Source: an uncultured Lachnospiraceae bacterium (lineage in GTDB: Bacteria > Bacillota > Clostridia > Lachnospirales > Lachnospiraceae). From it: a DNA stretch of 64,000 bases. Every line of letters begins with the position of its first letter. Position 1 is the first letter of the stretch. This document shows positions 10,387 to 19,337 of this stretch, one piece after another. The notes under the pieces are model-generated. The model had not been told where the DNA came from and searched no databases. It saw only the letters and a program-made list of their open reading frames with translations. A program made the translations under genes and the position numbers. Where the stretch lies: positions 15,139 through 79,138 of the forward strand of contig CANQQG010000002.1 of the NCBI GenBank assembly GCA_947625875.1, read 5' to 3'.

Positions 10387-10458
10387 AATGGTATAAACGT
10401 TTTTATATTTATGAAAACGCTTATATAAAATGATTATGAAAAAGAAAGGAGGAAAGAT

Positions 10459-11961
10459 ATGTCAGCAGTACAGTTAATGGCGCAGATAAATCCAGATGCG
10501 GCAGCGGCAGCCGGAAAAACAGATGTATCGACAAAGAGCCGAAAGATGGACGGTGTGTCCGCATCATTTTCCAATTATATGCAGCAGCCTTCCGATTCCG
10601 GTTATGCACAGGCGCAGCCCCTGAATGGGCAGAGCGTAAAGCGGGTGGAATCGGCGCAGGCATCGGAAAGCGGGCGCGTGGAATACGAGAAGCGCCGCTC
10701 GGAAGCGGGCGGGCGCGCGGACAGGATTTCGGATCAGCAAAAAGGGAAAGAAGCGGATGTCCAGACCGTAGAATCGGTCGTAGAAGACGCGGCGCAGGAG
10801 ATCAAAGAGGCGATCGCGGAGGAGTTTGGCGCCGATCCGGAACAGATCGAAGAGGCAATGCAGCTTTTGGGGCTGACAGCGTTAGATTTGCTCGATCCGC
10901 AAAAACTGATGGCGCTTACGATGGAGCTGACGGGGACGCAGGACGCGGCGATGATGCTTTTCCGGGAGGATTTCCAGAATATCTTACAGCAGGTTTCCGT
11001 TATTACCGAGGATCTGTTAAAGAATCTGGGAATGGATATGGAAGATCTGCAGGCAATCCTGCAGCAGCCTGAAATCCAGACGGTGGAAACTGCACCGGAG
11101 CCGGATCTCATGCCGCAGGAACCGGAGACACAGACGGAAACCGCTGCAAATGTGGCGGAGGATCTGCAGTTGTCACAGCCGGTAACGGCGCATGCGCAGG
11201 AAACTGTCCGGCAGGAAGCGGCGCTGCAGCCACAGCAGCAGGAAACGGACACAGAGGCGCAGCCGCAGACAGACGCAAAGCCGCAGGAGGAAGTGACTGC
11301 CGCGCAGCAGGCGCAGCCGCGGGAAGAGGAGCAGCCACAGCAGCAGGGCTTTTCCGGAGATCAGAACGCGGAGACGTTTGCGGATGGCAGGCAGGAGCAG
11401 CATGCGTTTTCTTTCCAGACGGAGGGCCAGCAGAATGTGCAGAATCCCGTCGTGCAGGAGGCGCAGCCGAATATGCCGGCGCCGCAGGTTGACGTACAGG
11501 ATATCATTGAGCAGATCTCCCGTTATGTCCGGGTGACAGTTACCGAAGACGTCAAGTCTCTGGAGATGCAGCTGAATCCGGAGAGCCTCGGCAAGATCTA
11601 TCTGCATATTTCAGAGCATGAAGGGGCTGTGACCGCGCATCTGACGGCGCAGAATGAAAATGTAAAAGAGGCGCTTGTCCAGCAGATGGCGGTATTGCGT
11701 GAGAACCTCGAACAGCAGGGCGTAAAGGTCGATGCAGTGGAAGTGTCGGTCGGGGCGCATGAGTTTGAGAGCAATCTGGAAAAGGATGCGCATCAGGAAG
11801 AAGAACAGGCGCGCCAGCAGGAAGAGCAGGCACAGCGGAACGTCAGAAGGAGTCTGCGGCTCGACGATTTAGACGACTTTTCCGGTATGATGACGGAAGA
11901 GGAAGCTCTGGTGGCGCAGATTATGCGCGACAATGGAAACAGCGTCGATTACAAAGCATAA
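10459..11961 (+). CDS. fliK: flagellar hook-length control protein FliK
   Basis: Q/E/P-rich disordered middle; C-terminal LEMQLNPESLGKI...GVKVDAVEV domain. Confidence 0.9.
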   Translation: MSAVQLMAQINPDAAAAAGKTDVSTKSRKMDGVSASFSNYMQQPSDSGYAQAQPLNGQSVKRVESAQASESGRVEYEKRRSEAGGRADRISDQQKGKEADVQTVESVVEDAAQEIKEAIAEEFGADPEQIEEAMQLLGLTALDLLDPQKLMALTMELTGTQDAAMMLFREDFQNILQQVSVITEDLLKNLGMDMEDLQAILQQPEIQTVETAPEPDLMPQEPETQTETAANVAEDLQLSQPVTAHAQETVRQEAALQPQQQETDTEAQPQTDAKPQEEVTAAQQAQPREEEQPQQQGFSGDQNAETFADGRQEQHAFSFQTEGQQNVQNPVVQEAQPNMPAPQVDVQDIIEQISRYVRVTVTEDVKSLEMQLNPESLGKIYLHISEHEGAVTAHLTAQNENVKEALVQQMAVLRENLEQQGVKVDAVEVSVGAHEFESNLEKDAHQEEEQARQQEEQAQRNVRRSLRLDDLDDFSGMMTEEEALVAQIMRDNGNSVDYKA

Positions 11962-11988
11962 AAATTTAAGAAGAAAGGAGATCTTGTT

Positions 11989-12954
11989 ATGTCATTGATT
12001 CAGGAAGTAAAAGATGGCCAGATCGTGGATAACAAAACGGATACGACGTCAAAAAAAACGTCCGGCAGCGACCTCGGCGAAGACCAGTTCCTGCAGCTTT
12101 TAGTGGCGCAGATGCAGTATCAGGATCCGTTGGAGCCGACAAGCAATACCGAGTGGGTGGCGCAGATGGCGACCTTCTCTATGGTGGAATCGGTCAACAA
12201 CATGAATACGGCGATGCAGGAACAGTCGGCAAACAGCCTGGTCGGCAAGTATGTCATCATCAACACGACGGATTCTTCTGGAAATGCTACATATATCAAA
12301 GGAAAAGTGGACTACGTAACCAAACAGAACGGCGAGGTAAAGCTTTCCGTGGCGGACGGCCTGTACAGCCTTGACGAGCTGGATACGGTTGCAGATCAGG
12401 AGTATTACGAAGGCTCTGTCATGGCAAATGAATTGGAGCAGATGATCTCGCTGCTGCCACAGGTTGACAATCTGACCGTTGGGGACGAAGGGCTGGTAAA
12501 ATCAGCGCGTGAGCTGTATGACAAGATGACAGATACGCAGAAGCAGTTTGTAGACCAGAGTTCCCTGCAAAAGCTGATCGAGCTGGAGACGCGGATGAAT
12601 GCGTTAAAGGCGACGGAATTTAGCGGAAAGGTCAAGGCGCTGCCGTCCGAAGAGGAGCTTACGCAGGCGAGCGGAGAGACGCTGGCCGGTTATCGGAAGC
12701 AGTTAAAGGAAGCAAGAGAGTACTACGACAATCTGACCGACGCCCAGAAGGAAAAAGTGGATGAAGGCGATGTGGAGACACTGGAAAAGCTGGAAGAAGC
12801 TCTGGATAATATGGGCAAAACGTCTGCGGGAAAAACGGATTCAGATACGGACGCCGATGCGGAAACAGAAAACGGCGGCGCGGAAGAAAGCGGTTCCACA
12901 GATGAGGTTGCGGACATTTTAAAGAAGATTTTAGAGGAGCTGCAGAAAGAGTAA
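11989..12954 (+). CDS. flgD: flagellar hook capping protein FlgD with C-terminal extension
   Basis: FLQLLVAQMQYQDPLEP...WVAQMATFS motif. Confidence 0.93.
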   Translation: MSLIQEVKDGQIVDNKTDTTSKKTSGSDLGEDQFLQLLVAQMQYQDPLEPTSNTEWVAQMATFSMVESVNNMNTAMQEQSANSLVGKYVIINTTDSSGNATYIKGKVDYVTKQNGEVKLSVADGLYSLDELDTVADQEYYEGSVMANELEQMISLLPQVDNLTVGDEGLVKSARELYDKMTDTQKQFVDQSSLQKLIELETRMNALKATEFSGKVKALPSEEELTQASGETLAGYRKQLKEAREYYDNLTDAQKEKVDEGDVETLEKLEEALDNMGKTSAGKTDSDTDADAETENGGAEESGSTDEVADILKKILEELQKE

Positions 12955-13030
12955 AGCTGTCATGGCCTTTGCCGGAAGGTAAAGCAGGGAGGCTTTGGCG
13001 CGGCAGGGTGTGTTTAAGGGAGATGAAAAT

Positions 13031-13408
13031 ATGAAAGGAATCGAGAAACAGTTCACTTCCATACAGCAGATGACAGATACGTATCTGAAGCATCGGACGG
13101 ATGCGGCGGATACGGGCGCGCAGATTTCGTTTGAAGAGGCGCTGACAAAAGCGCAGACCTTAAAATTTTCCAAGCATGCTTCGATGCGGCTGGAAAACCG
13201 GAAGATCAGCCTTTCGAGTGAACAGAGCAAACGGTTGGAAAGCGGCGTGAAAAAAGCGGGGGAAAAGGGGATTCAGGATTCGCTTGTGATCGTGGATTCG
13301 CTTGCGTTTATTGTGAACGTGCCGAACAAAACGGTTGTTACTGCGATGGACCGCGAGGAAGCGGATGAAAAGATCTTTACAAATATTGACGGCGCTGTGA
13401 TTATTTAG
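13031..13408 (+). CDS. flagellar operon protein (TIGR02530-like)
   Basis: LKFSKHASMRL...KGIQDSLVIVDSLAFIVNVPNKTVVTAM...FTNIDGAVII; typical position between flgD and flgE. Confidence 0.85.
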   Translation: MKGIEKQFTSIQQMTDTYLKHRTDAADTGAQISFEEALTKAQTLKFSKHASMRLENRKISLSSEQSKRLESGVKKAGEKGIQDSLVIVDSLAFIVNVPNKTVVTAMDREEADEKIFTNIDGAVII

Positions 13409-13507
13409 GCCGGACCTTTCAGGGGGCTGTGGTTTTTGAATGATAGAAAAAACCGCGCAGCGCCTGTCCATTGGGATTTGGCGTTTTATTTAAGGAGGGT
13501 ATGCATT

Positions 13508-15658
13508 ATGATGAGAGCATTGTTTTCGTCGGTGGCTGGTTTAAAATCCCATCAGACGAAGATGGACGTAATTGGCAATAATATCGCCAACGTAAATACC
13601 GTTGGTTTTAAATCTTCAAGGACAACATTTTCTACGATGATGTATCAGACGACGTCAGGCGCGTCAGGGGCGAACGCGGCGCTTGGCACCGGCGGCGTCA
13701 ATGCAAAGCAGATCGGTCTTGGCGCGAACTTTGCGTCCACGATGGTTACGGTTTCAACGGGCGGCGCACCGGAGACGACCGGCGGCGCATTCGACTTAAA
13801 GATCTCGGATACAAGCTCAACGAGTTTCTTTATTGTAAATAACGGATCGGAAAACCTGTTTACGAGAGCGGGCGCGTTTTATGTGGACGGCGCGGGCAAT
13901 CTGTGTATGGAATCGACCGGCTATACGGTTATGGGCTGGCAGGTGGACGCGAACGGAAATATCAAAAAAGACACCGTATCGCCGTTAAAGATCATGTCCG
14001 ACAGCAACCAGACGTCGCAGCCGGAGTATACGTCCAAGGCGCGCTGCAATGGCATTCTGGATGATAACAGCGCGAATGTGTCGATGGACACCGGCTATAA
14101 TATGAATCTGATCCTGTATGATAATCTGGGATATGCGTATACGGCGAAATTTGCGGTTCAGATCGGAAGTCAAGACGGGCAGTATACGGTGAACCTTACG
14201 GATATTCTGGATTCCAATGGGGAGTCGATTATTACGGAAGAGAGCGGACTTGGGCTTGGTGATCTGTTTGGTACGGGAAGTTCGACGAATGCGCAGGGCA
14301 GCAAGGTGGACATTACCGATAATTATACGATGGCATCGGGAATGGCTAATATTTTGAAAAATTTGGCGACTCAAACACAAAACGATGGTACAAATACTAC
14401 GCGTACTTATGTTTTTAAATCGGAAGCTGTTAATGAATATTTAGGAACAAAGTTACCGGAGGGATATACAGTTAAATATACAGCGCCTATTACCACGGGA
14501 GCTGGAATTGATCCGAACAGTCTTACTCAGGGTCTTCCGGGAACATTGTCCAGTGGTGGTCCTGGCGTAACATATAATACTCAGGTGAAAATCTATAATG
14601 CGAGTGGAGCAGATGTAACAGCTGATTATACGGATGCATTAGCGAATCCTACTGACAATAATTTTATAAAAATTGTTACGCCACAATCGCTTGCGGAGGG
14701 GTGGTATGATAATGGCAGACTTTCTTTTGAAGCGGTTGATGGTGCAGATTATATGGAGACCACATTAACTGATCCTCAGTTATCAGAATTAAATGCTTTA
14801 TTAGGCACTACTGAGACTGCTATTGAAGGTCCTGTGAAAATAAGAAGGACAGTAACTGATGCTGGAGTACAGTATACTTTTTATAAAGATACTACTCAAG
14901 TTTTTGGAGCTGCAGAAAAAAGGTATGATTTATTGGATTATATTGATAAGTCGTATGTGGAAGTAACGGCAACAGATGTGAACAGTAATAATATTTTCAC
15001 AACAGATTTACCAAAAGACGTGGAGCTTCAATATAGTGTTGGTGATGGATCCTATAAAATTGTAACTCCATCCACAGATGGCTTTAACATCCAGTTTTCA
15101 ACGGTAGACGGCTCGTTAACCTATATCGGAGCAGACGGCAGCACCTCTCAGGTGCTCCAGCTTTCCAAGTTCACAAACGGCAACTTTTCCGACATTGAGA
15201 TCGACTTTACGAACCTGAAAAACCTCGCCAACAGCGGTTCTTCCACTGCGGCCATGGTAGGCGGCGATGCGGACGGCGACGGGAAGGGCAAGAAGATCGG
15301 AAAGCTCTCCGGGCTCTCGGTTGACGGCAGCGGAAAGATTTTTGGCACTTACGACAACGGCAACACGGTTCTGCTCGGGCAGATCGCGGTGGCGAGGTTT
15401 GCGAATGCATCCGGTCTGGAAAGCATCGGCGACAACTGTTTCCGTACGACTTTAAACTCAGGGGAGTTTGACGGCATCGGCGTAGAGATCGACGGCGACG
15501 GCTCTTCGATCTCGACTGGGCAGCTCGAAATGTCAAACGTAGACCTTGCGACAGAATTTACGCAGATGATCACGACACAGCGCGGCTATCAGGCAAACTC
15601 AAGAGTGATCACGACCTCGGACAGCATTTTGGAAGAACTGATTAATTTGAAGAGGTAA
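13508..15658 (+). CDS. flgE: flagellar hook protein FlgE (716 aa, long central region)
   Basis: MDVIGNNIANVNTVGFK, LFTRAGAF, C-terminal LEMSNVDLATEFTQMITTQRGYQANSR; AAGGAGG RBS. Confidence 0.95.
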   Translation: MMRALFSSVAGLKSHQTKMDVIGNNIANVNTVGFKSSRTTFSTMMYQTTSGASGANAALGTGGVNAKQIGLGANFASTMVTVSTGGAPETTGGAFDLKISDTSSTSFFIVNNGSENLFTRAGAFYVDGAGNLCMESTGYTVMGWQVDANGNIKKDTVSPLKIMSDSNQTSQPEYTSKARCNGILDDNSANVSMDTGYNMNLILYDNLGYAYTAKFAVQIGSQDGQYTVNLTDILDSNGESIITEESGLGLGDLFGTGSSTNAQGSKVDITDNYTMASGMANILKNLATQTQNDGTNTTRTYVFKSEAVNEYLGTKLPEGYTVKYTAPITTGAGIDPNSLTQGLPGTLSSGGPGVTYNTQVKIYNASGADVTADYTDALANPTDNNFIKIVTPQSLAEGWYDNGRLSFEAVDGADYMETTLTDPQLSELNALLGTTETAIEGPVKIRRTVTDAGVQYTFYKDTTQVFGAAEKRYDLLDYIDKSYVEVTATDVNSNNIFTTDLPKDVELQYSVGDGSYKIVTPSTDGFNIQFSTVDGSLTYIGADGSTSQVLQLSKFTNGNFSDIEIDFTNLKNLANSGSSTAAMVGGDADGDGKGKKIGKLSGLSVDGSGKIFGTYDNGNTVLLGQIAVARFANASGLESIGDNCFRTTLNSGEFDGIGVEIDGDGSSISTGQLEMSNVDLATEFTQMITTQRGYQANSRVITTSDSILEELINLKR

Positions 15659-15769
15659 TGATTTCCTGATCGCCCGGTAACGGGGAAATATTACAGGCCG
15701 GAAGCGGCAATGCGGTTCGTTCCCATGCCGCTTCCGGTCATGCTTGTGTAACAGGGGGATGGTATTTGT

Positions 15770-15976
15770 ATGATCGAAGTGACGAGATTGAATGAGACAA
15801 AACTGCTGATCAACGCAGAACAGATCGAAACAGTGGAAGAGACGCCGGATACCGTCATCACATTGCTGTCCGGAAAAAAAATAATTGTAAAAGAAAGTAG
15901 ACAAGAGATTCAAAATCTAGTAATATTATATAAGAATAAAATTTTCAGCCAGAGTTTAATGTTCCGTGAGCCGTAA
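15770..15976 (+). CDS. flbD: FlbD/SwrD family small flagellar protein
   Basis: MIEVTRLN...INAEQIETVEETPDTVITLLSGKKIIVKES. Confidence 0.9.
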   Translation: MIEVTRLNETKLLINAEQIETVEETPDTVITLLSGKKIIVKESRQEIQNLVILYKNKIFSQSLMFREP

Positions 15977-16029
15977 AATCAGAGGCGTCTATACATATGG
16001 AATGTTATACAGGAGAAAAAAGTAGGTAG

Positions 16030-16824
16030 GTGGATATTGTGGATATAGCAACATTGGTAGGTATGATCATTGGTGTTGTAATGGTTATCTTCGGCGCGGG
16101 CGGTTTCGGCGTTATTAAGGAATCCTTCATGGATATTCCGTCTGTTATCATTACAATCGGCGGTTCGGTAGGCGGCGTAATCGCCAGTAATAAGCTTCCG
16201 GTCGTTATTTCGTCCATAAAGGCGATTACATTGACATTTAAACAGCCGAATGCAGACGCGGGGGAGGCGATCAAGCACATTATCGACCTTTCCAATATTG
16301 CCAGAAAGGAAGGGCTTCTGGCGCTGGAAGAAGCGGCAAACGGAATTGAGGACGAGTTTTTGAAAAAGGGGATCATGCTTGTCGTAGACGGTACAGACCC
16401 GGAGCTTGTGCGGGGCATTCTGGAAACAGATCTCGGCTGCGTCGAGTCAAGGCATAAGACGACCGTTTCCGTATGGGAGAAATGGGCGGAGTTAGGGCCT
16501 GCCTGGGGTATGATCGGTACGCTGATCGGTCTGGTAAAGATGCTGAAGGATCTGACAGACCCGTCGTCCATCGGCCCGAACATGGCGGTCGCATTGCTGA
16601 CGACGCTGTACGGTTCTTTGATCGCAAACTGGCTGTGTAACCCGACAGCGTCCAAATTAAAAGTAAACAATGAATTGGAAATGATGGTAAAGGAAATAAC
16701 AGTGGAGGGCCTTCTGTCGATTCAGGCAGGAGAGAATCCGCGTGTCATAGAAGAAAAGCTGAAATCCTTCCTTGCGCCTTCCGCGCGTGAAGGGATGAAC
16801 GGCGGAGAAGGCGGTGAAGGTTAA
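16030..16824 (+). CDS. motA: flagellar stator subunit A (MotA/MotP)
   Basis: ARKEGLLALE, GPAWGMIGTLIGLV, GPNMAVALLTTLYG. Confidence 0.95.
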   Translation: MDIVDIATLVGMIIGVVMVIFGAGGFGVIKESFMDIPSVIITIGGSVGGVIASNKLPVVISSIKAITLTFKQPNADAGEAIKHIIDLSNIARKEGLLALEEAANGIEDEFLKKGIMLVVDGTDPELVRGILETDLGCVESRHKTTVSVWEKWAELGPAWGMIGTLIGLVKMLKDLTDPSSIGPNMAVALLTTLYGSLIANWLCNPTASKLKVNNELEMMVKEITVEGLLSIQAGENPRVIEEKLKSFLAPSAREGMNGGEGGEG

Positions 16825-17771
16825 TGGCAAGACAGAAACAGGAAGATCCGCCTGCGGGCTCGCCTGCGTGGATGGCGACCTTCAGCGATCTGATGAACTT
16901 ATTGCTTTGTTTCTTCGTGCTTTTGTTTTCCATGTCGTCCGTAGACCAGAATAAATTCCAGGCGCTGATCGCTTCCCTGCAGAGTACGTACAGTATCCTG
17001 GACGGCGGCGGCGCTTCGATCGGGGACGGCAAGATGGTGTCCGCGGGCATCAGCCAACTGCAGAAGTATGATGTTTATTTCAATCCGAAGATGAATAACT
17101 CCGGTGAGGGGGAATCGGATTCGAGCAAGAAAGACATCGTGCATGACAATGCGGAGGACGATGGGCAGGACACGCAGCCGGAGAGCGGCGACGCGCAGCA
17201 GGAAGGCGAGGTAACTGCCGGAGGGACGGTGCAGGAAGGTGAAGATCTGGCCGGCGGCATGACGGCGGAAAAAGCGGAAGAGATCTACGAAGAAGAGCAG
17301 CTTGCAGAATCCGAGCAGATGGCGGAGAAAATGGAAAAGCTGTTAAATAAGTATGGCATTCAGGATAAAGTCGAGGTGGATTTTAACGGGCAGTATGTCA
17401 TGCTGACCTTAAACGGCGCGATTCTCTTTGAATCGGGCAGGGCGGAACTGGCGGAGAGCGCACAGCCGCTGATGAATAAAGTCGGAAAGATTTTAGAACG
17501 CTACAGCGACCGCGTGATTGAGATCGAGGGCCATACGGACAATGTGCCGATTCACAATGAGCGGTTTGCGGACAACAATGTGCTGTCGATGCACCGCGCG
17601 CTTTCTGTGGCGGATTATTTAAGAAGCGTGACAAGCCTGAATCCGGCGCATCTGAAATCTTCCGGGCGCGGGGAATATATGCCGATTGCGGATAACAGCA
17701 CGCCGGAAGGGCGCGCGCAGAACCGCCGCGTGGTCATCAAGGTGTATAACTCGATGAATTCAGATGTATGA
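16824..17771 (+). CDS. motB: flagellar stator subunit B (MotB/MotS)
   Basis: WMATFSDLMNLLLCFFVLL TM segment with the conserved Asp; OmpA-like domain IEGHTDN...NRRV. Confidence 0.95.
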   Translation: MARQKQEDPPAGSPAWMATFSDLMNLLLCFFVLLFSMSSVDQNKFQALIASLQSTYSILDGGGASIGDGKMVSAGISQLQKYDVYFNPKMNNSGEGESDSSKKDIVHDNAEDDGQDTQPESGDAQQEGEVTAGGTVQEGEDLAGGMTAEKAEEIYEEEQLAESEQMAEKMEKLLNKYGIQDKVEVDFNGQYVMLTLNGAILFESGRAELAESAQPLMNKVGKILERYSDRVIEIEGHTDNVPIHNERFADNNVLSMHRALSVADYLRSVTSLNPAHLKSSGRGEYMPIADNSTPEGRAQNRRVVIKVYNSMNSDV

Positions 17772-17795
17772 GAATAAAGAAGAGGAGAAACGAAG

Positions 17796-18329
17796 ATGAA
17801 GAAAAATCTGATGACAGTGCTGATCATGGCGCTTGTGTTTGTAAATGTCGTGTTGTCGGCGGTAATTATGATCACGCTTGTTCCGGCTGCAAAGCAGTCC
17901 AATGAGCTGATCACGCAGATCTGCAGCGCGATCGACCTTGAGCTTGAGAGCGGAAAGGTTTATAATGTAAATACGATTCCGGTTGACCAGATCGAGCTGT
18001 ATGATCTGAATGGTGGGGAAGCGCAGACGTATAATCTGAAAGATACGATCGGTGCGGACGGGAAGCGGGAAGCGCATTATGCGGTGGCGGTTGTCTCCCT
18101 TTCGATGAATAAGGAAGATGACGATTATGCGACGCTGCAGCCGTTAGTGGAGGAGCGCGAAAAGCTGGTGCAGGAGCTGATCGGTGAGACATTTATGGAA
18201 CACAGCTACGACGATATCCGGGATGACAACGGGCAGGCGGTAAAGGATGAGATGCTCGAAAAGGTACAGGAGTTATTTGATTCTGATTTTATTGTGGCAG
18301 TTACGATTTCCAATGTGCAGTATCAATAA
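17796..18329 (+). CDS. fliL: flagellar basal body protein FliL
   Basis: One N-terminal TM segment; C-terminal FliL-like domain; sits between motB and fliM. Confidence 0.8.
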   Translation: MKKNLMTVLIMALVFVNVVLSAVIMITLVPAAKQSNELITQICSAIDLELESGKVYNVNTIPVDQIELYDLNGGEAQTYNLKDTIGADGKREAHYAVAVVSLSMNKEDDDYATLQPLVEEREKLVQELIGETFMEHSYDDIRDDNGQAVKDEMLEKVQELFDSDFIVAVTISNVQYQ

Positions 18330-18352
18330 GAAATGACAGGTGGTGAAGATTC

Positions 18353-19330
18353 ATGGCTGACGTTCTGTCTCAAAATGAGATAGACAGTCTGCTTCAGGCT
18401 TTAAGCAGCGGCGAGCTTGATGTGGACGAAATGAAAGACAATAGTGATAAGCCCGTCAAAAATTATGATTTTGCAAGGCCTTCTAAATTTTCAAAGGAAC
18501 ATCTGAGGACGCTTGAGATCATTTTTGAACATTACGGACGGCTTTTATCCACAAACCTTCCTGTTTATTTGCGGAAAAACATACAGGTAGAGGTCATGAA
18601 CTCAGAGGCGGTTACATATTCCGAGTTCTCAAACGCACTTTCCAATCCGGTGCTGCTTGGCATTATCAATTTTGCGCCGTTAAAGGGTACGATCCTGATG
18701 GAGATCGCGACGAATGTCGGATATGCCATGGTAGACCGGATGCTCGGAGGCGCCGGCGTTCCCCTGGAGAAAGCGAGGGAATTTTCAGAGATTGAGCTTT
18801 TGATCATAGAGCGCCTGATGACAGTCTGCGTCAATCTTTTGCATGAACCGTGGGAGAATGTGGTAGAGCTGAACCCGAGGCTGGAGCGTATTGAGACAAA
18901 TTCACAGTTCGCGCAGATCATCTCTCCGAGTGAAATGATCGCGATCGTTACGATCAATATGAAGATGGGGGATGTGGAAGGGCTTATGAATGTCTGCCTG
19001 CCATATATTACGCTGGACAAGGTTATGGACAGGCTGAATACAAAGTTCTGGTTTTCAAGCCAGCAGGATAAAGAGGAATTATCTTACAGCGGCATGGTAG
19101 AAGATCTGATCGTGAAGGCGCCGATTCCGGTAAAGGCGGTTTTGGGGAACAGTTCTATTTCTGTAAATGATTTTGCCGGGCTGCAGGTTGGCGATATCAT
19201 CCGTCTGGACAGGAAGGTGGAAGATGAGATGAATATTTATGTCGGCTCAATGAAAAAGTTTAAAGCTTTGCCGGGCGTATCCGGTGATAACTATGCAGTC
19301 AGAGTTACTTCAATTATTAGAGAGGAATAG
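18353..19330 (+). CDS. fliM: flagellar motor switch protein FliM
   Basis: CheY-binding LSQNEIDSLL, YDFARPSKFSKE, C-terminal SpoA domain. Confidence 0.96.
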   Translation: MADVLSQNEIDSLLQALSSGELDVDEMKDNSDKPVKNYDFARPSKFSKEHLRTLEIIFEHYGRLLSTNLPVYLRKNIQVEVMNSEAVTYSEFSNALSNPVLLGIINFAPLKGTILMEIATNVGYAMVDRMLGGAGVPLEKAREFSEIELLIIERLMTVCVNLLHEPWENVVELNPRLERIETNSQFAQIISPSEMIAIVTINMKMGDVEGLMNVCLPYITLDKVMDRLNTKFWFSSQQDKEELSYSGMVEDLIVKAPIPVKAVLGNSSISVNDFAGLQVGDIIRLDRKVEDEMNIYVGSMKKFKALPGVSGDNYAVRVTSIIREE

Positions 19331-19337
19331 ATAGACT

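Noticed and set aside
12967-12984. CTTTGCC-GGAA-GGTAAAG hairpin after flgD as part of a riboswitch
   Set aside because: It is a single 7-bp stem with no second domain or receptor motif.
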